64,000 nucleotides of DNA from a phage, in sequence record PZ445440.1; one strand, 5' to 3'. The notes under the pieces were generated by a model. It saw only the letters and a list, made by a program, of their open reading frames with translations, searched no databases and had not been told where the DNA came from. The first letter of the stretch is position 1. Every line of letters starts with the position of its first letter. The translations under genes were made by a program, and so were the position numbers. Positions 36,213-45,897 of the stretch are shown here, piece by piece.

Positions 36213-36377
36213 TTAGATGTAAATTATTTCAACGTCACCTTTAGCGGCTTTATAACCTTCAGCCCAAGATACAACAGAGTTTTTATCTGAGGATTCAAAT
36301 TCAGGCATTGGACTTTCACCAATATTCACACAGTATGTTTCTTCATTTTCATCGAACCAAATAATTAAAGTAGTCAT
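36213..36377 (-). CDS. small hypothetical protein (54 aa)
   Basis: Below track threshold; ATG with GAGGAG upstream and promoter element at 36398..36440. Confidence 0.45.
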   Translation of the reverse strand: MTTLIIWFDENEETYCVNIGESPMPEFESSDKNSVVSWAEGYKAAKGDVEIIYI

Positions 36378-36445
36378 TTTGTTTACTCCTCTGTAGTTAA
36401 TAAGTCTATAGTATCACCATCCTTGGTGCTTGTACATCATTATTT

Positions 36446-36751
36446 TTAATTTTTCCAACTTAACAACTTGTAGTGTCCTTCATTCATACGTGGTTTATCC
36501 CAAGAAATACTAATATATGATTCACCACCAATAGAAGTCGCCGGGTTTTTCTCTACCGTAAGACCTTCACTTTCCAGCCATTCAATAGTATTTGCGCATA
36601 AATCAGAAGAACACCTCATCGGGAACCGGCAAGATTTTTCACCTTTATCTGCAGTGTTATACATCTTTTCTAAAATGCGCTTTTGCACATTTTTAAAAAT
36701 AGTTTCAGCAGATTCTTCAGATTTTTTATTCAGTTCAGTATAAAGATTCAT
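36446..36751 (-). CDS. hypothetical protein (101 aa)
   Basis: ORF track. Confidence 0.6.
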   Translation of the reverse strand: MNLYTELNKKSEESAETIFKNVQKRILEKMYNTADKGEKSCRFPMRCSSDLCANTIEWLESEGLTVEKNPATSIGGESYISISWDKPRMNEGHYKLLSWKN

Positions 36752-36808
36752 AATATTCTTCTCATTAATAGGGCTCGTAATATCTCAATCATAAGCCCAT
36801 GTACGCGT

Positions 36809-37072
36809 TTATTTCATATTATCGAAATATTCTTCAGCGATTTCGTCATTATCATGGTAAACTTTAGAAGACAGTTTAACATAACCTTCTGCCGTGAACA
36901 TATTAATCACAACCTTTATAGTATACCACTGTCCGTCTTCATTACCCATTACTGCGTAAGTTTCAAACATCGGATGCTCAGGTCCAATAACTTTAATATC
37001 ATTCACCGTACGACTGAAATCTTCTGGAACGCATTTCATAAAGAAGTTGAACAGTTCACCGTAATTATCCAT
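36809..37072 (-). CDS. hypothetical protein (87 aa)
   Basis: ORF track 36809..37084 begins with TTG; ATG 37072 with GGAGAA upstream. Confidence 0.6.
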   Translation of the reverse strand: MDNYGELFNFFMKCVPEDFSRTVNDIKVIGPEHPMFETYAVMGNEDGQWYTIKVVINMFTAEGYVKLSSKVYHDNDEIAEEYFDNMK

Positions 37073-37211
37073 TTCATTCTCCAAGTTTTTTCTGTATCGG
37101 TAGTTGATAGTTGTATAGTACCACGGAAGAACAGGGATGTAAACAGTTTTGTGAAAAAAAAATTTTAAAAAAGTTTTGTGGAATTCTAGGGCAGGGAGAG
37201 GAAAGGCCTAG

Positions 37212-37250
37212 ATACCAAAAAGCCCTATCTAAATGATAGGGCTTAAAAAA
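37212..37250 (-). terminator. bidirectional-looking intrinsic terminator (AAGCCCTATC-n5-GATAGGGCTT with flanking A/T runs)
   Basis: Read in sequence. Confidence 0.5.
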
Positions 37251-37814
37251 TTATTTACCTAGTTTAGTTATTATAGCTTCGGCAGCAGCTTTTAGCTTAG
37301 ATGCAGTGTTAATACGATTTTTAATTTCAGTATACGCATCGCCAAGAACATCAAGGCTATCAGAATAAACACTTACACTATTGCGTTCGCTATTTGAAAT
37401 AGAACCTTTAGTTTTACGATCAAAATCAGTGTACACGTCTTGAAGATCACGGGCTGCCTTCTTTGCATCATCCAATGCATCAAGAGCTTTATTCAAAGCA
37501 TTGACATATTTTTTAGTGTCAAACATATTCTTAGAAATTTTAACAGGTGCACGTTCAGGAGTAGCTAAGGCGGATTTAGGAACCTGCGCGCCAGATGCCA
37601 GTTTCTTAGAAATTTTGAAAAACGCTTTATTGAAACTATTTTCTTGACTCATCGTAAAAGAACTAGTATCGATGTTATACATTTCAATAGCTTTGGCTTT
37701 CCACTTAAGAAAATCGCTACGGTCTTTTGGGTCTAAGTGGAAGAATACTTTAGTAAGATCTGCTTCAGATGGTAATTTTGCTGCTTCGGTTAAAAATTCG
37801 GCGTAGGTTTTCAT
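37251..37814 (-). CDS. internal-protein-like protein (CTS MKTYAEFLTEA), 187 aa
   Basis: ORF track; CTS-like N-terminus. Confidence 0.7.
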   Translation of the reverse strand: MKTYAEFLTEAAKLPSEADLTKVFFHLDPKDRSDFLKWKAKAIEMYNIDTSSFTMSQENSFNKAFFKISKKLASGAQVPKSALATPERAPVKISKNMFDTKKYVNALNKALDALDDAKKAARDLQDVYTDFDRKTKGSISNSERNSVSVYSDSLDVLGDAYTEIKNRINTASKLKAAAEAIITKLGK

Positions 37815-37936
37815 TTAAAATCCTTGAAATAATTTATCGGTTGGTTATTAATTATTTATCACATTGTTATATGTAACAGCATTCTCTGAGCGATTCAAAC
37901 TAAAAAGCCCCAACAGAAAGGTTTGGGCTAAGAATG

Positions 37937-38401
37937 TTATTTGATTTGTTTAGCAGACCAAATGCGGTCTTTAATAAGTTTTTGGATATCTTCAACATAC
38001 TCAAGGCTATGAGCGTGAGGATTATCTTTGAAACTATGTGCTCGTGCCAGTTTCTGGCCTTCTGTTTTGATTACTAAAAGCTCTTTAAGAATTGCTTCAT
38101 ACTTAGAAATAATTCCTTTGGCGATATTTTTTTCTTGAGCTGTTTTATGGTCCGCTTTTGGCACAGGTGCTTTACCTGTAGCTTTCTGGAACAATTCACC
38201 TGATGCAGCTAGGCTTTTAAAAACTCGGCTAACAGTATTAGCATTAGTAAAACCTTCGGCTTTAAAATCTCTAATAAAACGGAAACGTTCTTCATCGGAG
38301 GCGTCTTTGTAAGAATATTTACCTGCTTGAATTGCTGCAATCGCAGCGGCTTTTACATCTGAACTAGATTGTTCAGTCAAAAATTCAGCGTATGATTTCA
38401 T
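37937..38401 (-). CDS. internal-protein-like protein (CTS MKSYAEFLTE), 154 aa
   Basis: ORF track; CTS-like N-terminus. Confidence 0.7.
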   Translation of the reverse strand: MKSYAEFLTEQSSSDVKAAAIAAIQAGKYSYKDASDEERFRFIRDFKAEGFTNANTVSRVFKSLAASGELFQKATGKAPVPKADHKTAQEKNIAKGIISKYEAILKELLVIKTEGQKLARAHSFKDNPHAHSLEYVEDIQKLIKDRIWSAKQIK

Positions 38402-38447
38402 GTTGCTTTTCCTAAGTTAATTAACTTATCTATTTATTATGCCAAAA

Positions 38448-38471
38448 AGCCCCAACCGTAAGGAAGGGGCT
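38448..38471 (-). terminator. terminator-like hairpin (AGCCCC-n12-GGGGCT + T-run)
   Basis: Read in sequence. Confidence 0.45.
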
Positions 38472-38782
38472 AAGCCTTGCGGCAACCTTGTCGGGGTTCC
38501 ACCTGCTAAGGCAAGTGTTTGTACGAAACGCCGGGATTTGAACCCGGTTATCAAGCAGTTGACGCTACTCAATATTTTTAAAAGGCCATATCTCGACCAT
38601 ATCCGAACGTTCCGTCAAAAACGCTACTCGGCTTACGGCAAAGATATTTCCTCGAATCGATAATTCTGTGCGCCGTTTCTGCTGTGATGTAAGGGGATAT
38701 TAACAAATCATAAAGATTTATTAAGACCAGTCCTTACTCAGGGAACATCAGTCCGACGACTTGCCGGTAGCGACCCGGCTTC

Positions 38783-39127
38783 TTATTTTGACATATCATC
38801 AATTTGTTCTCTACGTCTACGCCATAGATTAATTACTTCATCAACACATTCGGCGTTTGATATATGACGGCAATAATATAATGATTCGCGTTTCTGGAAC
38901 CGATGTTGCAATGGGATTTCGTTTAAAAGGTCTTTACGGTCAAAGTATTCAAAACTAGTTAACCCGGAACGGTTTTTAATGAACTTCCAATGTCCAAATT
39001 CATTTTGAACATAGATGTAATCGGCATGCTGATACAGCGAATTAATCAATCGATGAGAAATAACTGTATCATATTCGTTAAAATAAAACGTTAAATCATG
39101 AACTACTAGATAAATATTGCCTTTCAT
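38783..39127 (-). CDS. hypothetical protein (114 aa)
   Basis: ORF track 38783..39175 would overlap the tRNA; ATG 39127 with GAGGAAA upstream. Confidence 0.55.
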   Translation of the reverse strand: MKGNIYLVVHDLTFYFNEYDTVISHRLINSLYQHADYIYVQNEFGHWKFIKNRSGLTSFEYFDRKDLLNEIPLQHRFQKRESLYYCRHISNAECVDEVINLWRRRREQIDDMSK

Positions 39128-39145
39128 ATTTTCCTCACTTAAAGT

Positions 39146-39222
<77 letters not shown>

Positions 39223-39228
39223 AATATA

Positions 39229-39302
39229 TGACCCAGACCAGATTCGAACTGGTAACCTTTCCCTTATGAGGGGACTGCTGCTAACCATTGAGCTACAGGG
39301 CC
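39229..39302 (-). tRNA. tRNA with anticodon CAU (Met or lysidine-type Ile), no encoded CCA
   Basis: Manual fold: GGCCCTGTAGCTCAATGG 5-prime, anticodon loop CTCATAA, T arm ACCAG-TTCGAAT-CTGGT; one acceptor mismatch; coordinates +/-2. Confidence 0.6.
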
Positions 39303-39381
39303 TAAATAACTTTCTATTATGAAAGGCACTTTAGAGCACCTTTGGTAATAGAGGGTATGAATTAATAATAACACATAATTC

Positions 39382-39897
39382 TTAAAGCAAATCAATCATT
39401 TTAACAGTTGGCAAAACGATTTCTTCTTCAATATAAGCAAATTCAACACATTCAACTACACGCAAGAAATCATAATCATAATATTCAGAAGCATGGCCAA
39501 GAATACCAACGAGACCTTCTGATACTAAATATCCATTCTCACGGAACAGGTCGAATACACGCGATTCGTCTTCTTCAGATTTATTACCAAGGTCGACTTC
39601 AATATCAAAGACCTTTTTAATGAATTCTGGATAAAGCTGGTCTGAGAACAGTCCTTCAACCAAGTATTCATAAATTAAAAGCGAGCAATCACTGAATGGT
39701 GTATTACCACAGTAACGTTCAGCTTTAGTGCTAGAATGACTGCTCTTAAATTTCTTCAAGAGATATTTAAACTGTTGGAGCTCATGCTCTTCCACTTCAA
39801 ACAATGTTTTGGTTTTATAGTTGTCACCATCATTTTCATAGGTAGTGACATCAATTACGTAGCCCTTAGGAATTGTACTGCCTAAACAAATATTCAT
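39382..39897 (-). CDS. hypothetical protein (171 aa)
   Basis: ORF track. Confidence 0.65.
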   Translation of the reverse strand: MNICLGSTIPKGYVIDVTTYENDGDNYKTKTLFEVEEHELQQFKYLLKKFKSSHSSTKAERYCGNTPFSDCSLLIYEYLVEGLFSDQLYPEFIKKVFDIEVDLGNKSEEDESRVFDLFRENGYLVSEGLVGILGHASEYYDYDFLRVVECVEFAYIEEEIVLPTVKMIDLL

Positions 39898-39901
39898 TTA
39901 C

Positions 39902-40192
39902 TCACCGTACCATATTAATGTAATTATATTCAATGCAACGTAATTTCAAAGGATTCTTGAAAATATCATATTCAAGAGGGCCTTTTTCTGTTTCAATAAA
40001 GAAATCAAAGTTAACTGTGTTAAATTTATCGTCTTCACAGAGTAATTTAACTTGCGAAGATGAACGGTCGATGTAAACCTTTTCAACTTCAAAATTAGTT
40101 AGAATACCGTAGTCATTAACTAGTGCTTTAGCTGCACGTTGATCGCTTTCATATCCATTCTCGACAGATTTTACTTTAGCATAAAGAATCAT
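39902..40192 (-). CDS. hypothetical protein (96 aa)
   Basis: ORF track. Confidence 0.6.
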   Translation of the reverse strand: MILYAKVKSVENGYESDQRAAKALVNDYGILTNFEVEKVYIDRSSSQVKLLCEDDKFNTVNFDFFIETEKGPLEYDIFKNPLKLRCIEYNYINMVR

Positions 40193-40551
40193 GAGTGTTC
40201 CACCACTTCAAAGGTATGAGCATCAACAATATGATACCAGTCAAAATTTTCTTCCGCGTTTTTATAAATTTCGCGAAGAGCTTCAACAGTTTTTCCTGTA
40301 GCAACAAGATCATCAATACCACCAAGAGGATAACAGTCATAACCAGCAAACAGAAGGAAATTAATAGTTTCTGTAGGGGCCGGATGCAGTGTACCATTGT
40401 CATCGACTACTTCAAAGAACATATAACCAGGCGATTTAGATTTAATCCAAGCCCATGCTTGAGCTGCTGAATCAAATGGTCTGCGTATCAAACGACAATC
40501 AGGGTCTTTAGAAGGATTTGCTTCAAAATCCGCGTATACGTGATATTTCAT
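40189..40551 (-). CDS. hypothetical protein (120 aa)
   Basis: ORF track 40189..40569; ATG 40551 with AAAGGTGAG upstream. Confidence 0.6.
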   Translation of the reverse strand: MKYHVYADFEANPSKDPDCRLIRRPFDSAAQAWAWIKSKSPGYMFFEVVDDNGTLHPAPTETINFLLFAGYDCYPLGGIDDLVATGKTVEALREIYKNAEENFDWYHIVDAHTFEVVEHS

Positions 40552-40552
40552 T

Positions 40553-40738
40553 TTACTCACCTTTTGCAATTTTATCCATAACGATAGCGATTAAGCCGAT
40601 TAGAAATGCTACTACCAATGAGATAGAGTTTTCAGTTGTTGTCAGTAGTCCGCAAATGAATCCTACAAACATCGAAAAACTAAAAGCCATTGAAGCAATT
40701 ACTACAGCAACATTACGAATCAGTTCAGCGCGTTTCAT
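40553..40738 (-). CDS. small membrane protein (61 aa)
   Basis: ORF track 40553..40759; second ATG in ATGGAGAAATAAAATG leader. Confidence 0.55.
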   Translation of the reverse strand: MKRAELIRNVAVVIASMAFSFSMFVGFICGLLTTTENSISLVVAFLIGLIAIVMDKIAKGE

Positions 40739-40766
40739 TTTATTTCTCCATTTACTCATTTTGTTC

Positions 40767-40810
40767 TGATAGGACTACTATAACATAGTCCTATCAGCAT
40801 GTAAACTACT
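40767..40810 (-). promoter_or_regulatory. early promoter with stem-loop (GTTTAC ... TTATAG in GATAGGACTA/TAGTCCTATC repeat)
   Basis: Read in sequence. Confidence 0.5.
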
Positions 40811-41097
40811 TACAGAAGAGTTTTTGCAATAATTTTAAGCTGAGCTACAGAAATATGCTTAGCTTTAAACAGTGCAGTCTCTTCAGCGGGAGAGATAACA
40901 ATAGTAGCGCCATCTTTCTTAGCGGACCACCCGTCTCCTAAGTAAACAGTACCTTTTACTTCTTCGCCGTCAACCAGACTAATCATTGGTTTACCCTCAC
41001 GTCCTTTATTTGCTTTAATAACTTCGGAAGTAAGGGTTGCTTCGGTCAGAGTAGAAACGTTAGCAACAGGTGATATAAATTCTTTATAGGTTTTCAT
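40810..41097 (-). CDS. ipI: internal head protein IPI-like (CTS MKTYKEFISP)
   Basis: 95 aa; CTS N-terminus; position next to 57B as in T4. Confidence 0.7.
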   Translation of the reverse strand: MKTYKEFISPVANVSTLTEATLTSEVIKANKGREGKPMISLVDGEEVKGTVYLGDGWSAKKDGATIVISPAEETALFKAKHISVAQLKIIAKTLL

Positions 41098-41174
41098 TTT
41101 ATTTCCTTGAGGTTGTTTATTTGATAGGATGATAGTATCACACCATCATCCTTATGTAAACTGTTTTGTGAAAA

Positions 41175-41860
<686 letters not shown>

Positions 41861-41864
41861 TTTA

Positions 41865-42599
41865 TTACCTTAAGATTTTTTCAATTTTAGAATAAAGCTC
41901 TTCTAAAGAGCCGTCGTTTGTAATAACTAAATCGCCTTCTTCAATAGGCAACCCAGCTTCTGTAATATGTTTATCAGTGGATTCCGTACCAGAGCGAACC
42001 ACATGAATAACTGTAGCACCCATCGCTCTAGCGGTTTCCATTTCATGGACTTGGCGTGTATCGGTCACAACGTAGTAATCGAAATCACTTCCAATATAAT
42101 CCATATAGTTTAATGCAAAAAGCTTAACCCAATACATACGGTCAAATAAATTAACGACAACATCCGTACCGAGGGCTTGCATAAGACGGCGGATTGACCA
42201 CGTGTCGTTGTTATTATTTATAGCTTCACGCAGGGCTTCGTACGGTTTAATATCTAGATATGAGTATCCACCTTCTAACGATGATAATACTTTAACATTA
42301 TTAATTGGTAAATATTGACTTTGTAAATAAATTAGCGCTTCTTCCATTAATTCAATAACATCCAACTTATTGAGATTTAATGGTGTTTCACGGTCGTATC
42401 CAATGCCTTCAAAGTATTCGTATTTCAACTCAGTGAATACATCCGGGTTTTCGGCATGTTTACGCTCCCAAGCTATTGCTAGAGCGTCTTTAATTGGATA
42501 TGCTAATTGGTATTTTACGGATTTAAAGTTTGAATTAATGTAATCAGCAGTAGTGTCTTTACCACTACGTTTGATGCCGCTTAAAAAGATTAGCTCCAT
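41865..42599 (-). CDS. 1: deoxynucleoside monophosphate kinase gp1
   Basis: 244 aa; IFLSGxKRSGKDTTAD P-loop and long matches to recalled T4 gp1. Confidence 0.95.
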   Translation of the reverse strand: MELIFLSGIKRSGKDTTADYINSNFKSVKYQLAYPIKDALAIAWERKHAENPDVFTELKYEYFEGIGYDRETPLNLNKLDVIELMEEALIYLQSQYLPINNVKVLSSLEGGYSYLDIKPYEALREAINNNNDTWSIRRLMQALGTDVVVNLFDRMYWVKLFALNYMDYIGSDFDYYVVTDTRQVHEMETARAMGATVIHVVRSGTESTDKHITEAGLPIEEGDLVITNDGSLEELYSKIEKILR

Positions 42600-42653
42600 A
42601 GGTTTTTCCTCATATAATTTATGAACGATTATAACATATGGAGCTAGAAGCGA

Positions 42654-43238
42654 TTAGCGCAAGGAAGGGTGTCTAGAAATGGATTTAGATTCGGCAGCCT
42701 GACGTGGTTGTTGAGATACAATGACTTCGCCATCCTTTTCTATCGTCATATACGCGTAGTGAATAGTTGCTACGCAAGTAACGGCAGGGTCAGAGTCTTC
42801 AGTGTAACTAAATTCAATTTCGCTCAAATCGGAAATCCATGGTTTATAGAAATTTGCTGTCAAAACTACTTCTGTCTTATTGTTGTTTAAAATGTGCAAA
42901 GTAACAAACTCAGGACCATCGGCATGGGCTGTATTATGACCAGTTATATAGTTATTAGTGCTGAGCATCCATTTATACATGTTCATCCAGGACGTCATGT
43001 CTTCATCAACTATAAATCGTACAACAAAAGGGTCATATTCAAATGTGGTGCCTGCACGCATTGCACGCCCTAGCCCCATTGTGCCAGTCACAGTTTCAAC
43101 AACAGGAATTCTCACACCTGGCAATGGAGCCGTTTGGGCATTGAGCACAAAACCTGAAGTTCGTGTACTATCCGGGATATCCACAACAAAGTTTGTTATA
43201 TTTGTTTGGTTAAAAATCTGTCTCGTTGGACGAGTCAT
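42654..43238 (-). CDS. 3: tail completion / sheath terminator protein gp3
   Basis: ORF track 42654..43244 begins with GTG; ATG 43238 with GAGGTG upstream; position between 1 and 2. Confidence 0.8.
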   Translation of the reverse strand: MTRPTRQIFNQTNITNFVVDIPDSTRTSGFVLNAQTAPLPGVRIPVVETVTGTMGLGRAMRAGTTFEYDPFVVRFIVDEDMTSWMNMYKWMLSTNNYITGHNTAHADGPEFVTLHILNNNKTEVVLTANFYKPWISDLSEIEFSYTEDSDPAVTCVATIHYAYMTIEKDGEVIVSQQPRQAAESKSISRHPSLR

Positions 43239-43340
43239 AAGCACCTCAAAAACGCTTTAATAAAAATGCAGTATAATGGTTTTAGGTCTCTTCCATTAAT
43301 CTGGTTCAACAGAATATCAGAAGAACGGAAGAGAATAGAA

Positions 43341-44162
43341 TTAAGATTTCCAAACAGTATTCGCAGAGAAACGTTTTCCTTTTGACATAAACTGCTGAGT
43401 AGGTAACATGATTATGTTAGCCCAGTCTTTAGGAGCTATTTCTGTTATTGTTCCTCTAATGTGGCCTGGCAGGTATGCTTTAATCATTTTGTCAGCACCT
43501 TGAAATCCTTTCACCTTGCTCCAGTCTATCTTCAACTTTGTGTTATTAGTAATAGTAGTTGTGCTAGCATATTGCTTCAGCAATTCTTCAAGAAACTGTT
43601 GACGTGCTTTAGGCGGGATATAGTGCAAGTTTAACCCATACATCAAATTATGTTTACCTAATCCTAAATAAATAATCAAAGGATATCGGTCCCAATATGG
43701 CAGAGTATCTTTATGTTTAGCATCATACATGTAAGTATAAATTTTGCCTGGCGTAGGCTTGACTACTTTATGACCTTTTACACTTTTCTTAATTGTTTCA
43801 ACAAACCACTTAGATGATTTGTTGTTTACTGCTGCGCCTTCATTTCTAATCTTTTCTCGTATTGAACTGCGAAACGAGTTTATCATCAGAAGTTGACGTT
43901 CTTGCTTATTGAGTTTATTTTTAGGTTTAGATTCAAGCGTTTCAATTTTCTGTGCAGTCTTAATAGATGATGCATATCTAGACATTGCAGATGTAAACGA
44001 CGAGTATTTTATTCCTTTTGATTCTGCAAATGCTTTTGCAGTGATTCCTTTCTCTTTAGCTTTCTTGTATTCTAATCCTATCTCAATCCATTTTCTTTCA
44101 TTCATAGACTGAGCAATCTTAGGGGCTTGTACGCCTTCAGATATAATTTGGAATATGCTCAT
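43341..44162 (-). CDS. 2: DNA end protector protein gp2
   Basis: 273 aa; size and position match T4 gp2. Confidence 0.85.
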   Translation of the reverse strand: MSIFQIISEGVQAPKIAQSMNERKWIEIGLEYKKAKEKGITAKAFAESKGIKYSSFTSAMSRYASSIKTAQKIETLESKPKNKLNKQERQLLMINSFRSSIREKIRNEGAAVNNKSSKWFVETIKKSVKGHKVVKPTPGKIYTYMYDAKHKDTLPYWDRYPLIIYLGLGKHNLMYGLNLHYIPPKARQQFLEELLKQYASTTTITNNTKLKIDWSKVKGFQGADKMIKAYLPGHIRGTITEIAPKDWANIIMLPTQQFMSKGKRFSANTVWKS

Positions 44163-44809
44163 TCAACTTTCCTCATTTTACAATTATCACCATGCCAACG
44201 TTTATAAGGCGCAGGTTTACATTCTATACCGCAGTATTGGCATATCTTATTAGGAGTATTTAAGTATCCTAATCTCATGTTTTCCTTTTCTTCAGGAGTT
44301 CTATTTCGTCCCGTAAGAGTATTTTTTATTTTGTCTCTAATCTCTTTAGGCATTATCCTGCCTCGGCCTGCTTTACCTATTTTAGCTTTATGCTCTTCGG
44401 ATAATTTCTTACCCTTCTTAGCTAAACTCATTTTCTTTTTAGATTCTTCGGAAATAGGACCTAATTTTCTACCTCTGGATGAATCGCCTATTCTTTTTCG
44501 CACATCGATAGAACGGCCTCGTCCTCCCTTTCCTCCTAGGTCTATATTATATGTATCTTCTCTATCCACAAAAGATTGATCAACTAATTCTGCTTCCTTT
44601 TGGAAAGCCATTTCTTCATTTAGTAATTCGTCACCGGTATCATACACATATAATACTTCTTTTACAAAATTATCTAATCCGTATTTAGCATGGGCTTTTA
44701 AGATAATTTTACCTGTTCCTTTATAAGAATCATCCGGGTTATTAGTTTTATGAACACCTATATAAATTTTATTATTTACGATGTTAGTTATTTTATATAC
44801 AGTATACAT
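44159..44809 (-). CDS. freestanding GIY-YIG homing endonuclease (Seg-like, NUMOD3 repeats, C-terminal zinc finger)
   Basis: N-terminal [22 protein letters not shown] motif; repeated GRKLxxEx/[17 protein letters not shown]3-like motifs; CQYCG...HGDNC. Confidence 0.85.
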   Translation of the reverse strand: MYTVYKITNIVNNKIYIGVHKTNNPDDSYKGTGKIILKAHAKYGLDNFVKEVLYVYDTGDELLNEEMAFQKEAELVDQSFVDREDTYNIDLGGKGGRGRSIDVRKRIGDSSRGRKLGPISEESKKKMSLAKKGKKLSEEHKAKIGKAGRGRIMPKEIRDKIKNTLTGRNRTPEEKENMRLGYLNTPNKICQYCGIECKPAPYKRWHGDNCKMRKVE

Positions 44810-44810
44810 A

Positions 44811-45260
44811 TCATCCCTTATATCCTAAACGACGTAAACCGTCTTCTGTGAGAATTCTGAATTTAATATTTCTTTTAGCCGCTAATGCTGACGCAGCTTT
44901 CCATTTGTCGCAGTTCACAGACCACACGTAGATCTCGTTCATATAACGTTTCTTTGCTGCAGTCGTAAGATTTGCAGGCTTAATAGGTGGTTGAGTTTCT
45001 TTCTTTGGTTTTATTTCTACAAAGAACTCTTGACCTGATGCATCTTTCATCCATATATCCATAAAGTATCTACGTTTTTTACCTTCTGCGTTACAGAAAT
45101 ATGGAATTACTGCTGTTTCGCTGCCCCATGCAATAATTTCTGGATTTTTATCTAACCATTCGAAAAAGAATTTTTCCCAGTTTGAACGATACGTTATTTT
45201 GGTATGGTCTCCACGGTATTTTTTTAAATTTTTTGGGACCCATTTACCAGAGTAGGCCAT
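44811..45260 (-). CDS. 4: head completion protein gp4
   Basis: ORF track 44811..45404; ATG 45260 (MAYSGKWVPKNLKKYRGD). Confidence 0.85.
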   Translation of the reverse strand: MAYSGKWVPKNLKKYRGDHTKITYRSNWEKFFFEWLDKNPEIIAWGSETAVIPYFCNAEGKKRRYFMDIWMKDASGQEFFVEIKPKKETQPPIKPANLTTAAKKRYMNEIYVWSVNCDKWKAASALAAKRNIKFRILTEDGLRRLGYKG

Positions 45261-45271
45261 GTTGTCCTCCT

Positions 45272-45279
45272 TATAAATA
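45272..45279 (+). promoter_or_regulatory. T4-type late promoter TATAAATA (for gene 53)
   Basis: Exact octamer about 43 nt upstream of gene 53 start. Confidence 0.6.
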
Positions 45280-45286
45280 GTATTAT

Positions 45287-45294
45287 TATTTATA
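45287..45294 (-). promoter_or_regulatory. T4-type late promoter TATAAATA on minus strand (for gene 4)
   Basis: Exact octamer (plus-strand TATTTATA) about 27 nt upstream of gene 4 start. Confidence 0.55.
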
Positions 45295-45321
45295 CCAATT
45301 TCATATTGGAAGGAGACTATC

Positions 45322-45897
45322 TTGTTATTTACATTCTTCGACCCAATAGGATATAGTGCTAAAACCATTAATAAGAATGCACCTACTATTCCTATGACAG
45401 ACATATTTCGTAACTATAAAGAGTACTTTAAGCGTGTTGCTGCCAATTATAGATTACGTTCTTATTATATTAAAGGCTCTCCGCGTCCTGAAGAACTAGC
45501 AAACATAATTTATGGCAACCCTCAATTATACTGGGTCCTTTTGATGTGCAACGATAACTACGACCCGTATTATGGTTGGATTACATCTCAGGAAGCAGCG
45601 TATCAAGCTTCTATTCAGAAATATGCAAATGCAGGTGGAGACCAAATTCTTTATCATATTAACGAAAAACGCGAGAAATTTTATAACTTAGTTTCATATC
45701 CAGATGAGCCATTAGTATGGTATGATAAAGGCGATAAAGCTCGTAAGTATCCACAATATAAAGGACCTTTAGCTGCAGTAGATACTTATGAAGCGGCAGT
45801 ATTAGATAATGAAAAACTTCGTAAAATAAAAATTGTTGCAAAAGAAGATATAAACTCGTTTATCACAGATTTGATTCGTGAGATGGAGATTGCATAA
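45322..45897 (+). CDS. 53: baseplate wedge protein gp53 (TTG start)
   Basis: 191 aa near-identical to recalled T4 gp53; first codon TTG with GGAGA upstream, no in-frame ATG nearby. Confidence 0.9.
   Translation: MLFTFFDPIGYSAKTINKNAPTIPMTDIFRNYKEYFKRVAANYRLRSYYIKGSPRPEELANIIYGNPQLYWVLLMCNDNYDPYYGWITSQEAAYQASIQKYANAGGDQILYHINEKREKFYNLVSYPDEPLVWYDKGDKARKYPQYKGPLAAVDTYEAAVLDNEKLRKIKIVAKEDINSFITDLIREMEIA

Noticed and set aside
38525-38548. tRNA-like T-arm that might mark a third tRNA
   Set aside because: No canonical D-arm or anticodon arm could be folded around it; reported as a finding, not a tRNA feature.
38439-38663. Plus-strand 74-aa ORF in the ORF-free region
   Set aside because: Runs through a terminator hairpin and the tRNA-like T-arm on the opposite strand; region more likely encodes RNA.
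40176-40403. Minus-strand 75-aa ORF overlapping 40189..40551
   Set aside because: Alternative frame of a better-supported gene; hydrophobic low-complexity translation.
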